From: Eledone cirrhosa
Taxonomy: Eukaryota
Length of the DNA stretch: 64,000 bases
NCBI GenBank assembly: GCA_964016885.1
Contig: CAXHJY010001209.1
Coordinates: forward strand, 24,690-88,689
Direction: 5' to 3'
Shown: positions 13,665-24,025 of the stretch, piece after piece
Layout of the letters: every line of letters begins with the position of its first letter
Numbering within the stretch: the stretch's first letter is position 1
Made by a program: the position numbers and the translations under genes
The notes under the pieces: generated by a model
The model's input: only the letters and a program-made list of their open reading frames with translations
The model's database searches: none
Told to the model about the DNA's origin: nothing

Positions 13665-13870
13665 TGCAAGAGATGTCAACATGAATGGACCTGTTATTTT
13701 TATCTAAAGACATTTTTTCCAATTCCAACCCGCCCATCTCCTCAATCTATCTTATTTCTCATTCTTTCTTCTGATGAAGGACTAGCGTTAACCTAATATC
13801 AAGCGTTAACCTAATATATCCCTTCTATATACTGTACTGATTGTGTTGTTATTTCTGTTTACCTTTTACA
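13665..13870 (+). mobile_element. Dispersed repeat, pLTR-like (second copy at 62536-62745)
   Basis: Two clearly homologous ~205-bp copies, both containing TTCTGATGAAGG..AAGCGTTAACC and ending at TA/CA microsatellites. Confidence 0.7.
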
Positions 13871-13913
13871 CATATATATACACACACACACACACATAAC
13901 TGACTCTCTCTCC

Positions 13914-13977
<64 letters not shown>

Positions 13978-14190
13978 GGCCCTCTCTCTGTAAATAAATA
14001 GAGCGTGCCGGTGTCATATATTTCATAATGATCCTAAATGATAACTGAACCATGCAATGGGAGATACCGGTAATAAAAGAAAGAGGCGAAGAGAAAGAGA
14101 GAATGAGTGAGAGTGAGAACTTGTGGCAGTGAGTGAGTGAATGAGAGAGAGAGAGACTGATATTTATATATATGTATATATGTGTGTGTA

Positions 14191-14247
<57 letters not shown>

Positions 14248-14347
14248 GAGAGAGAGAGAGAGAGAGAGAGGGAGAGACTGATATTTATATATATGTATAT
14301 AATGTATATATGTGTGTGTGTGTATTTTATATATATATATGTGTGTG

Positions 14348-14532
<185 letters not shown>

Positions 14533-14894
14533 AGAATGAGAGCTTGGCTATAACAAGAGGTGAAAGAAAAACAAAAAGACAAGAGCGGAAAGTATTCAGT
14601 AGTGGGTCTGTTTTCTCTTATAATAATGAATCGTGCCTGAAATAACTGTCGTAGAGAGATTACTTAAAGTTGACCGCAAAATGTAGTGTTGATGTTGGCG
14701 ATGATGATGATAGTGGTTTTGATTGTGGTGACGGCTGAGGGTCGTGTTGTAGACGAGGTGTGGGGGCAACACTTATAAACACACCAGTGTTGTGTTGATA
14801 TAAACGGGCGGTGGCTACAGCGATGGCGACGTCTTGTATTTACTGCATAATATCATTTAAACACAACCGCAGCATTCATAATATATATATGTTT

Positions 14895-14975
<81 letters not shown>

Positions 14976-14989
14976 AGTTTTAATATAGA

Positions 14990-15044
14990 AGAGCTTCTAC
15001 AGGACTAGAACTGTTTCATTCTTGAGAAATCATCAGGAATCTCT
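14990..15044 (-). ncRNA. Type I hammerhead ribozyme motif in a ~70-bp island between TA runs
   Basis: AGAGAUUC CUGAUGA U UUC-UCAA-GAA U GAA ACAG-UUCUAGUC-CUGU A GAAGCUCU; helix I 7 of 8 paired. Confidence 0.75.
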
Positions 15045-15139
15045 ATATATATATACATATATAATGTTAAATTGCGTAAACGTTATATATATATAGAGAT
15101 AAGAAAACTGTCGGCAGAAGCATGATATATATGTATAAT

Positions 15140-15322
15140 TGTTTCTACTTTTGGCACAAGGCCAGCAAATAGCCAGTACATTACTGGTACTTTATTTTAT
15201 CGACCCCGTATGGATGAAAGGCAAAGTTAACCTCGGCGGGATTTGAACTCAGATCATAAAGGGACGTAACTATGGTGGAAAGCATGTCCGAGCCTCTACC
15301 GATACTGCCAATTCACCGCCCT
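15140..15322 (-). mobile_element. Full-length SINE family 1
   Basis: Homologous to 9706-9908. TSD TGTATAAT at 15132-15139 and 15323-15330. Confidence 0.9.
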
Positions 15323-15673
15323 TGTATAATATATACATGAAATATACATCTCTCTCTCTCTCCCACTCTCTCCCACTCTCTCTCTTACACCCTCACTCTC
15401 TCTCTCACTCTCTCGCTCTCTCTCGCTCTCTGTGTATATATAAGCAGACAGTATTATTGATTTAGTTGTTGCAGAAGCCCAATTCAGAGTATTCCATCTT
15501 CCCCGAGGGTCCGGGTAAATATTTCAGTCATATCTCATTTTGTTTGACCCGTTTAACTTGTTCGCTTTTTTGGCTAAGGTGGTTATGGTTTCTTAACCAT
15601 CGTCTCAGCGTGTATGACCATTTTAACTTATGTTTATAGCTCTGGTATCCTCTTTACATCCATGAAGCGGTAA

Positions 15674-15721
<48 letters not shown>

Positions 15722-16477
15722 CATTCATATATATTTTTATTTGTCTGACCCGAATTTTCTTGGTCGTTTTTTCGGCTGTGCGAATGATTGTTTAAGCATC
15801 GTCTCAGTGTGTTGGTATTTAAACGTTAGTTATAGCTCTGGTTTATCCAAACTATTGAGCACTTTGCCACACATTTCAAAGATTGTGTTTCGTTATTTCG
15901 TGGGCCGAGATTCCGATTCTCGATAATTTATTTGTATATATATATATATTTCAAAATAAATTTCAAAGAATTCCCTGTATTTACTATATGTGCCTTTACC
16001 GCGATTTCAGATCCCAAACTTGTATATATACTTGGACTATACTTGTATCCCTATGTGTATAATTTACATGTAGGAACACATACTTTTATTTTATATATAT
16101 ATACGTGTATATATATATATATATACACATATGTGTGTGTGTGTGTGTGAGTGTGTGCGCGCATGCATATGTGAGTGTGCGTGCTCCTCCATATGGGTGA
16201 GCATGTGTGTGTTGTGTATGTATGTCATACTGTTAGTGTTAAGTTATAAGTAACGAGAAACAGTTACTAATGAAAGAACTCAATATCTGTAGCAGTGTCA
16301 ACTATATGTGTAGAGACGCTAATTTTAACTTGAAGTTCCGCAAATGAGCCGCCATATTCAATAAATACATATATATATTAAGTGGTTCAGTTGATTCGTG
16401 ATTTACTGAGGAGGGTAACAAAACCACTAATTTATTCTATGACAAAGTATATATATTAAGAACAAAACGAGGTTTCA

Positions 16478-16575
16478 GATTAAGGTTACGTACGTTTCAT
16501 AGATCGATGGCTCAGGATCCATGTTAATGTTATAGACACGACTCCCGCCCAATCTGCTCATCAGACTTGTTAATC
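16478..16575 (-). ncRNA. Type I hammerhead motif with extended helix II
   Basis: AAGU CUGAUGA GCAGAUU...GAUCUAU GAA ACGUACGU A ACCU; palindromic helix III; distal GAUUAA/UUAAUC pairing. Confidence 0.7.
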
Positions 16576-16636
16576 AAGCAAAAGCATATTTACCACTTAG
16601 CTAGTAGGCTAGATAAAATACAAATATATATATATA

Positions 16637-17530
16637 CGAGGTGGGTCAGAAAAGTTCCAGGACTGATGTCACAAAAGATTTATTTCAAACCCAAACTTCA
16701 CACTAAGAGTTTTCTCCTTCAAAGTAATCCCCCTGGAGTCTAATGCACTTTTCCATCCTTTTCTGCCACGCTTGCATGCACTCCTGGAAGGCTTCTTCCG
16801 GGATCCTCCGCAGTTCCGTCGTCGCGGCCTTTTTGATGTCGTCCACGTCTTCAAAACGGGTCCCCTCCGGGTCGTACTCGAGGATCCATGACTCATCACC
16901 GGCGATGACTGTCCCTAGCAAGTCTGGTTTGGTTTCAAGACGCTCGAGGATGTCCTGGCACACTTGCATGCGTCGACCCTTCTGGTCATCGTTCACCAGT
17001 TTTGATACCATCTTCGCGCAGACTTTCCGCATGTCCAAATCTTCAGTGAGAATCTTCCAGATGCTGTCCCGATTCATGCCCAGCTCATTTGCCATCAGTC
17101 GAACAGTCAGCAGACGATCGCTACTCACCATCTGCCTGACGCGCTCAACGTTGATCTCAGTCTTGGTTGTTGAGGGCCTTTCGCTCCTGGGGTCATCTTC
17201 CACGTCCTCACCTCCTTCTTTAAACCTCTTGCACCACTCAAAAACACGTGAGCGTGACATCGTCTCATCTCCATACACTTGCTGCAGCAATCCCAGTGCT
17301 TCTGACAGAGTTTTCAAGTTTGTTCGTTGCTCTGTGCTCATTGCTTGACGACCTGAAACAGAGGACATGTATATAAAATTATGAAGAAAAAAGTTTGATC
17401 GCTGCAGAGAGCTAAGATTAGTTACATACTCCAGGGGGATTACTTTGAAGGAGAAAACTCTTAGTGTGAAGTTTTGGTTTGAAATAAATCTTTTGTGACA
17501 TCAGTCCTGGAACTTTTCTGACCCACCTCG
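16637..17530 (-). mobile_element. Internally deleted mariner transposon, 894 bp, 103-bp inverted repeats, TA TSD
   Basis: TA|CGAGGTGGGTCAGAAAAG...CTTTTCTGACCCACCTCG|TA. Inverted repeats 16637-16739 and 17428-17530 differ at one position. Confidence 0.95.
16703..17368 (-). CDS. Truncated mariner transposase (221 aa; DNA-binding region kept, catalytic core deleted)
   Basis: Motifs SRSRVFEWCKRFKEG, DDPRSERP, KVCAKMV, GDESWILEYDPE and C-terminal GDYFEG are present. The HDNA and YSPDLAP.D motifs are absent. Confidence 0.85.
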   Translation of the reverse strand: MSSVSGRQAMSTEQRTNLKTLSEALGLLQQVYGDETMSRSRVFEWCKRFKEGGEDVEDDPRSERPSTTKTEINVERVRQMVSSDRLLTVRLMANELGMNRDSIWKILTEDLDMRKVCAKMVSKLVNDDQKGRRMQVCQDILERLETKPDLLGTVIAGDESWILEYDPEGTRFEDVDDIKKAATTELRRIPEEAFQECMQAWQKRMEKCIRLQGDYFEGENS

Positions 17531-17551
17531 TATATATATATATATATATAT

Positions 17552-17738
17552 GGAAGTAGTAACACAACAGTTAGTTCACCATACCGAGAGCAATTGTTTC
17601 CGAGCTGAGGATCCGCTAAGGTGAAACAATTGTTCTCGGTATGGAGAACAAACTGTTGTGTTACTACTTCTACGAAACTCGTCCCATGGACTGAGTGCTC
17701 TACTACTACGGATAATACCTTCCAGTGTTCTACCTTTA
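17552..17738 (+). mobile_element. Fold-back element in (TA)n: inverted arm, hammerhead, direct arm and 3' extension
   Basis: Arms 17553-17600 and 17623-17670 are near-perfect reverse complements, followed by a ~68-bp unpaired tail. TA runs flank both sides. Confidence 0.85.
17600..17639 (+). ncRNA. Complete minimal type I hammerhead ribozyme (40 nt)
   Basis: CCGAG CUGAGGA U CC-GCUAA-GG U GAA ACAAUUGU U CUCGG: perfect 5-bp helix I, intact core, palindromic helix III. Confidence 0.85.
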
Positions 17739-18119
17739 TATATATAGGAAAGGTGGCCATATTTGAAATTGTTAAGTCAATATGCTTCGTTGACGAGATC
17801 AAATGGGACCAAAACATGTCCATTGCTTTCACCAAGCCGGCTTAAAGACAAGGCCCACCTCGGCATTGTATGAAGAATTTTAAAAAGAATTGGACAAGCT
17901 CAAGTTATAGGAGTTCCTTCCCTTGTTTGTTTCACGTGATCCAAACACACCAAAGAGAGTTTCAGTCTTAAAATTACAAGAATAATCTCAGTTGATTTAA
18001 GTATATTTCCCTCATTCATCATATTGAGAATGTGACGAGATTCTATTTGAATGTAAACACTTCACGCAGAGCACTTTTATCAGGCATTTTCACCTCTGCT
18101 CTTTGTTCGCACACACACA

Positions 18120-18205
<86 letters not shown>

Positions 18206-18324
18206 CTCTCTCTCTCTCACACACATACACTCACATTTAGTGAATACTCGAGAACCTAAACACTGTTTATTAGAAAGGTTACGTCAAATACAGAAGATGT
18301 AAATATTTGTGGTTTATAGAGAGA

Positions 18325-18960
18325 AGGTGGGTGGTGGTGTGGTGGTGGTGGTGTGGTGGTGGTGATGTGGTGTGGTGGTGGTGATGTGGTGTGGTGGTAG
18401 TGTGGTGGTGTTGGTGATGTGGTGGTGGTGGTGGTGTGGTGGTGGTGGTGTAGTGGTGATGTGGTGTGGTGGTGTTGTGTTGGTGGCAGTGTGTGGTGTT
18501 GTGGTGGTGTGGTGTTGTGGTGTTGTGTTGTGTTGGTGGTAGTGTTTGGTGTAGTGGTGGTGGTGTGGTGTTGTGGTGGTGGCAGTGTTTGGTGTTGTGG
18601 TGGTGGTGTGGTGTTGTGTTGGTGGCAGTGTTTGGTGTTGTAGTGGTGTGGTGTTGTGTTGGTGGCAGTGTTTGGTGTTGTAGTGGTGGTGTTGGTGGCA
18701 GTGTTTGGTGTTGTAGTGGTGGTGTTGGTGGCAGTGTTTGGTGTTGTAGTGGTGTGGTGTTGTGTTGGTGGCAGTGTTTGGTGTTGTAGTGGTGGTGTTG
18801 GTGGCAGTGTTTGGTGTTGTAGTGGTGGTGTTGGTGGCAGTGTTTGGTGTTGTAGTGGTGTGGTGTTGTGTTGGTGGCAGTGTTTGGTGTTGTAGTGGTG
18901 GTGTTGGTGGCAGTGTTTGGTGTTGTAGTGGTGGTGTTGATGGCAGTGTTTGGTATGGCA
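18325..18960. repeat. GT/GGT-rich compound minisatellite (33/40-bp units TGTTGGTGGCAGTGTTTGGTGTTGTAGTGG..)
   Basis: Visible tandem units. Confidence 0.85.
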
Positions 18961-19107
18961 GTAGAGGTTATTGCTACTTTGGTGGTAGTCGTTGTGGTAG
19001 TGACAGTCGTTAGTATTGTGGTAATAACTGTGATGGTGGCCAGGGTTGGATGTGGAGGTCCCGGGGCTCTAAGGTTTGGGGGACCCTTCATACATAAAAA
19101 AATGTGA

Positions 19108-19230
19108 ATACTCAGCAACGTGAAAAGAAGTGTTTTGTTGAAGAACACAACACACAACCCAGCCGAGGAATCGAAGCCACGACATTATGATCGTAGGTCC
19201 AACACCCTTGCCACTAGGCCAAGCTCCTCC
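19108..19230 (-). mobile_element. Degenerate SINE family 2-like head (a similar one at 63060-63175)
   Basis: GCAACGTGAA..GTGTTTTG..AAGAACACAAC..AGGAATCGAA pattern shared with 52780-52974. Confidence 0.6.
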
Positions 19231-19434
19231 ACATTAACGATGGCTGCAGATAATTGTTCGGCCCGACAGCCACAGTATGACTGGGAGAAGTTATTATTTA
19301 GGGATTTCCAGTCTTAAAAAATGTCTTTAATGTAATTCGTACGTTGTGGTCGCCAGAGGAAATCGTTATGCTGCTGCTGCTGCTGCTGCTACTACTACTA
19401 CTACTATCACTACTACTACTACTACTACTACTAT

Positions 19435-19466
<32 letters not shown>

Positions 19467-19568
19467 TAGCTGCTGCTGCTACTACTACTACTACTATAGC
19501 TGCTGCTGCTGCTGCTACTACTACTACTACTACTACTATAGCTACTACTATTACTACTACTACTATAG

Positions 19569-19607
<39 letters not shown>

Positions 19608-19646
19608 TAGCTACGACTATAGCTACTACTACTACTACTACTATAG

Positions 19647-19711
<65 letters not shown>

Positions 19712-19950
19712 GCACTCACTACTAACAATACTACCTGCATAAATATTGCCATATCACCAACAATGCAGTAAAGGTAAGACATTGTGTAAGCACTTAAATA
19801 TAGATTAATCTTAGCTTACCTTTCATCTTACACAATAAAGAATGTTATTTCTAAAAAGTGGACTTAGCTAAACAACACATACCTCCCGCTTCACGGCAGG
19901 AGTATCAACTTTATTGTCTTTAAACTTGACCGTATAGTTTACATGTACTA

Positions 19951-20012
<62 letters not shown>

Positions 20013-20051
20013 CAAGGATGATTTGTTAAGCCTTCATTACGTTTATTGATT

Positions 20052-20126
20052 GCTGACGCGCGTTTCGCAATTGATCAGCTCAAGGTTCGATCTGGCCCAA
20101 CTCTGGAATCAAAAGCTCGTCGGACC
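20052..20126 (-). ncRNA. Degenerate hammerhead motif with extended helix II
   Basis: GGU CCGACGA GC...GC GAA ACGCGCGU C AGC; U4 mutated. Confidence 0.55.
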
Positions 20127-20140
20127 TCTGCTGTTGCAAT

Positions 20141-20212
<72 letters not shown>

Positions 20213-20325
20213 TACATACATATATATTTTTATATATATATTTATATATACCCCCCCCCTCAAGAGCGTGAAACTAATAAACCTTTGTTTGTACTGCCTC
20301 TCTCTTTTTGTTCGCGTTCCAGTTT

Positions 20326-20364
<39 letters not shown>

Positions 20365-20367
<3 letters not shown>

Positions 20368-20554
20368 AACGAGTAGGACCCCGACGGCTGAGCTCAAGCT
20401 AAATCTGGACTAAAATTAGTCCAGAATTAGCCGTCGAAACGGCTTGAGCTCAGCCGTCGGGGTCCTACTCGTTCCTATTAACCACTCTACTACCCTAAGT
20501 ATTGAGTACTTTGGTGCGTTATGGTCCATCTGGTTCCTTACCACATTTCCTTCG

Positions 20555-20556
<2 letters not shown>
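20365..20556 (+). mobile_element. Fold-back family B element in (TA)n
   Basis: Inverted arm from 20365 and direct arm to 20477, then an ~80-bp tail. Carries GAA ACGGCU-UGAGCUC-AGCCGU C. Homologues at 23153-23387, 25515-25608, 58524-58661 and 59978-60027. Confidence 0.85.
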
Positions 20557-20589
<33 letters not shown>

Positions 20590-20717
20590 GTATGTATAAT
20601 ACTGAAACGAAGTCATCGAATGAGACCGATATACCTTAGATCATTTCCCACTGGAAAGCAAAGTGTACACTAATATATAATATTGTAAAAGAACAGAAAA
20701 CATTATATATATATATA

Positions 20718-21025
20718 GGTTTTTGTACAAGACCAGTAATTTGGGGGAGAGAGGAAAGTAAATTAAACCGACCTTCTACATTACTGGTACCTTATTTTAT
20801 CGACCCCGTAAGGATGAAAGTCAAAACAGGATTTGAACTCAGAATGTAAAGGTCCGTAATTCTTTGCTGTAAACCATATTTTCCGGCTCTTTAACGATAC
20901 TGACAACCCACTACCCTAATAGACTCGTATACATAATGATTTCTGGTTTAGACACTAAACCAGAAATTTGGCGGGAGGGGAAAGTCGATTAAATTGACCT
21001 CAGTTCATTACTGGTACTTTCTATT
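20718..21025 (-). mobile_element. Two adjacent diverged SINE family 1 copies (near full-length 20718-20917; 3' fragment 20935-21025)
   Basis: CATTACTGGTAC..TTATCGACCCCGTAAGGATGAAAG..GATTTGAACTCAGAA blocks. Confidence 0.75.
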
Positions 21026-21194
21026 GATATCACCACTTAACTCTTCATTAAATATATTTTATTGCTTATTTAAAGATTCTGTCATTCACTAGTTCTCTTG
21101 AGAATAATATTCTGACTGGCTTTACCGAAAATAAAAATAAAAAAAAATTAGAATTTCGATCTTTGCTCTAACATAGCGGATACAACGAATTGAT

Positions 21195-21347
21195 ACGGTC
21201 TGAGTTTACGTCCCTTTACGATCTGAGTTCAAATCATGTCGAGGTTAACTTTATCTTTCATCCTTACGGTGTCGATAAAATAAAGTACCAGTAATGCACT
21301 TGGTAATTGCTGGCTTTGTGCCAAAAGTAGAAACAATTATTATTATT
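21195..21347 (+). mobile_element. 5'-truncated SINE family 1 lying between inverted repeats
   Basis: B box GAGTTCAAAT, conserved body and (ATT)n tail. Confidence 0.85.
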
Positions 21348-22138
21348 CAATATAAAATCACGAATGCATTTACGTATCCGCTATGCTAGAGCGAAAAACG
21401 AAAAACGTAATTCTAATTTTGTTTTTATGACAAAAGTATTTTGCTCCTTTCATTTCCATGCAATCTTAATAAACTACAGTTTAGCCTAGGCCCGTATCTT
21501 TCTAAATTTCAAGAACCCAATGGTAATACACACCTCTAAAAAAACATAAAATTATGCATTAAGAAAGTTATGAGGAAACAAAATCAGATTTGGGTTACTA
21601 AGTGTATGTTGGCTGCCATTTCTAACAAATGAAGTGACCTCACACAAGCTCCATTGAAATAATGTTTAATCCTTTAAATATTTTAATTACGTCGTTTTTT
21701 TTCTTATCAAATGATTTCCGGGTTTTTATGTTTTCAACATTAGCGATATGTAAAAACAAAAAAATTAATCATAGAAAACAAAAATTAATCTGTTTCTTAA
21801 TCAGAAGAGGATTTATAACTGCAGTAAACTGTTTAATATATAAATACATATATTTCCTTTACGTATGAAGGATATAAATAAACACTTTTGTGTAGAAATC
21901 CCTTTTTAAGTGTTTACATTTGAAAAGTTTCGTGAAAATTTAAAATGTTATTTCAGTTTCAAATTATTAGGATTAAAATCTAATTACTACTTCACACAGA
22001 ATACATTTATACATTTCAAATACAAACGTAATGTATTAAGATATAAAAAAAATAAACTACTGCAGCTGCAATCAGTTACCCAGTAATACATATTCAAAAA
22101 TTTAAATATTTCAGATTTTATACATACATATATATATA

Positions 22139-22489
22139 TTTTTAAAAAATAGAGGTGGAACACACGAGTTGTGATATATTAGTAAAAAGGAAAAGAAAAT
22201 GCTGACAAATTTTTCCCAGTGAAAAATAGTTTAATTAGGAATATGTATAAATTAGTAATAAGTATTGGTTAGTCTTCAGTTTTAGTTTTAAGTTTTTACC
22301 GGTTGCGTATTTCTTATGCTTTTCAAAAATAATTTTGAGATAGAGTGCTCGTGATTTTTGCTCTGATCTAGAGTAAAAACTTAAAACTAAAACTGAATAC
22401 TAACTAATACTTATTACTAATTTATACTTATTCTTAATTAAACTATTTTTCACTGGGAAAAATTTGTCAGCATTTTATTTTCCTTTTTA

Positions 22490-22494
<5 letters not shown>
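22139..22494 (-). mobile_element. Fold-back element related to family A, with a decayed U3-A8 hammerhead at 22294-22329
   Basis: ~125-bp inverted arms (22174-22299 and 22371-22497). Minus strand UUU UUGAAAA GCAU-AAGAA-AUAC GCA ACCGGU A AAA. Terminal GAGGTG..ACACGAG block shared with family A. Confidence 0.8.
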
Positions 22495-22545
<51 letters not shown>

Positions 22546-22722
22546 ATACATTAACAGAGAAAGCTTTAAGCAATACTCCGACCGGCTTCCGTCTCACTCA
22601 ACAAACATTAGGATATACCTTAGTATAATCCCAATAATACGTTTGGGGTGCTAACTATACGTATTTTGCGGATAGCCAGTTGTATTATTTTATATGAGAC
22701 ATAATTAAAATACATCTCTCTT

Positions 22723-22844
22723 TCCAAACGATCGTTTCATTATAAGTTTTCTACAAATTGGGAAAATAATGTCCTGGTTATGTAGAAGCCTACACATAGT
22801 CCGTAGGAATATATGTAGGTAGGCACTTATAAATCATCAGTGGA
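22723..22844 (-). ncRNA. Type I hammerhead motif with an ~80-nt insertion in loop 2
   Basis: UCCA CUGAUGA U UUAUAAG...CUUAUAA U GAA ACGAUCGU U UGGA. Confidence 0.8.
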
Positions 22845-22869
22845 TGCCCGACATATATATATATATATA

Positions 22870-23080
22870 TATTTAATTAGATAATTAGAAAATGAACAGC
22901 GCAATATATAACTACTCCATTACCAAAGGTTTCTGGACCCTCAACAGAGACGTCTGAAACCGTTCATCAGAACCTGATTCTGATGAGCGATTTCAGACTT
23001 CTCTGTTGAGCTCGCCTGTCTTCGTGAAGCCTCTGGTAAATGGAATAATTGTCTCATGATGTTTATTACATAATTAAATA
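22870..23080. mobile_element. Imperfect fold-back with a hammerhead-like motif on each arm (+ copy at 22977-23041)
   Basis: CTCAACAGAGA..TTCATCAGAA / TTCTGATGAG..TCTCTGTTGAG. Plus strand AUU CUGAUGA GCGA..UCGU GAA GCC-UCU-GGU A AAU; the other arm retains GAAACC-UUU-GGUA. Confidence 0.65.
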
Positions 23081-23152
23081 GCTCTGTAGCATACATAGAG
23101 CACTCTCCTTTCCCTTACCCTTCCTACGGAAATACTTCATATATATATATAT

Positions 23153-23387
23153 AACGAAGGAATTGTGATAAGGAACCAGATGAACCATAACGCACCAGAC
23201 TACTCAATACTTAGGGTAGTAGAGTGGGTAATAGGAAAATGTTCAAGACCCCGACGGCAGAGCTCAAGCCATTTCGACGGCTATTTCTGGACTAAATTAG
23301 AATTTTTAGGCTAAAAATTCTAATTTAGTCCAGAAAAAGCCGTCGCAACGGCTCGAGCTCTGCCGCCGGGGTCTTGAACATTTTCCT
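23153..23387 (-). mobile_element. Fold-back family B element, reverse orientation
   Basis: Palindrome 23231-23390 centred on G23310, plus a tail at 23153-23230 homologous to 20478-20556. Confidence 0.85.
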
Positions 23388-23673
23388 ATATATATATATA
23401 TACATACGAGGGTTTGTGTTTGCGTGTACGTATGAATATATGAATGTATATATATATGTAGGTATGTAATACCTCGAAATTGGTCTCTTCTGCAGCACCC
23501 ACATCAATCTGGCAACTCCTAACTCTTCTCACAAACAATTAGTAGGGTCTGTTCTCTCATCCGTAACAAGTTCCCACGTTGTCCCAACATATGCCTTACT
23601 GCCCTCGGCATGTGTTAGAACGCCAACTTATTCAACTGTGACCCATTTAGAACAGTTACTATACACACAGACG

Positions 23674-23746
<73 letters not shown>

Positions 23747-23883
23747 GTCATACACACACACACCACACACACACACACATAGAGAGAGATAGATATAATA
23801 TACATATAATATATATATATAATATAATATAATATAATATAATATAATATAATTGTTTCTACTTTTGGCACAAGGCCAGCAAT

Positions 23884-23915
<32 letters not shown>

Positions 23916-24025
23916 TAATATCCTACCACGATAATCGAACCCTGTGTCCGTGGGTTGCCGAATGACCGCATTACCGATTATAGTAAATAAGTTCTGTTAA
24001 ACTGAATATCAATATAATACTGAAC

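Noticed and set aside
15540-15845. Two diverged ~105-bp direct repeats around a TA tract as a retrozyme dimer
   Set aside because: The similarity is real (TGACCCG..CATCGTCTCAG..TTATAGCTCTGG), but no ribozyme core was found in either unit.
16743-17348. 201-aa plus-strand ORF
   Set aside because: Antisense shadow of the mariner transposase.
20600-20640. CTGAAACGAAGTC..GACCGATA as a hammerhead
   Set aside because: Both core segments would need several changes; too degenerate to call.
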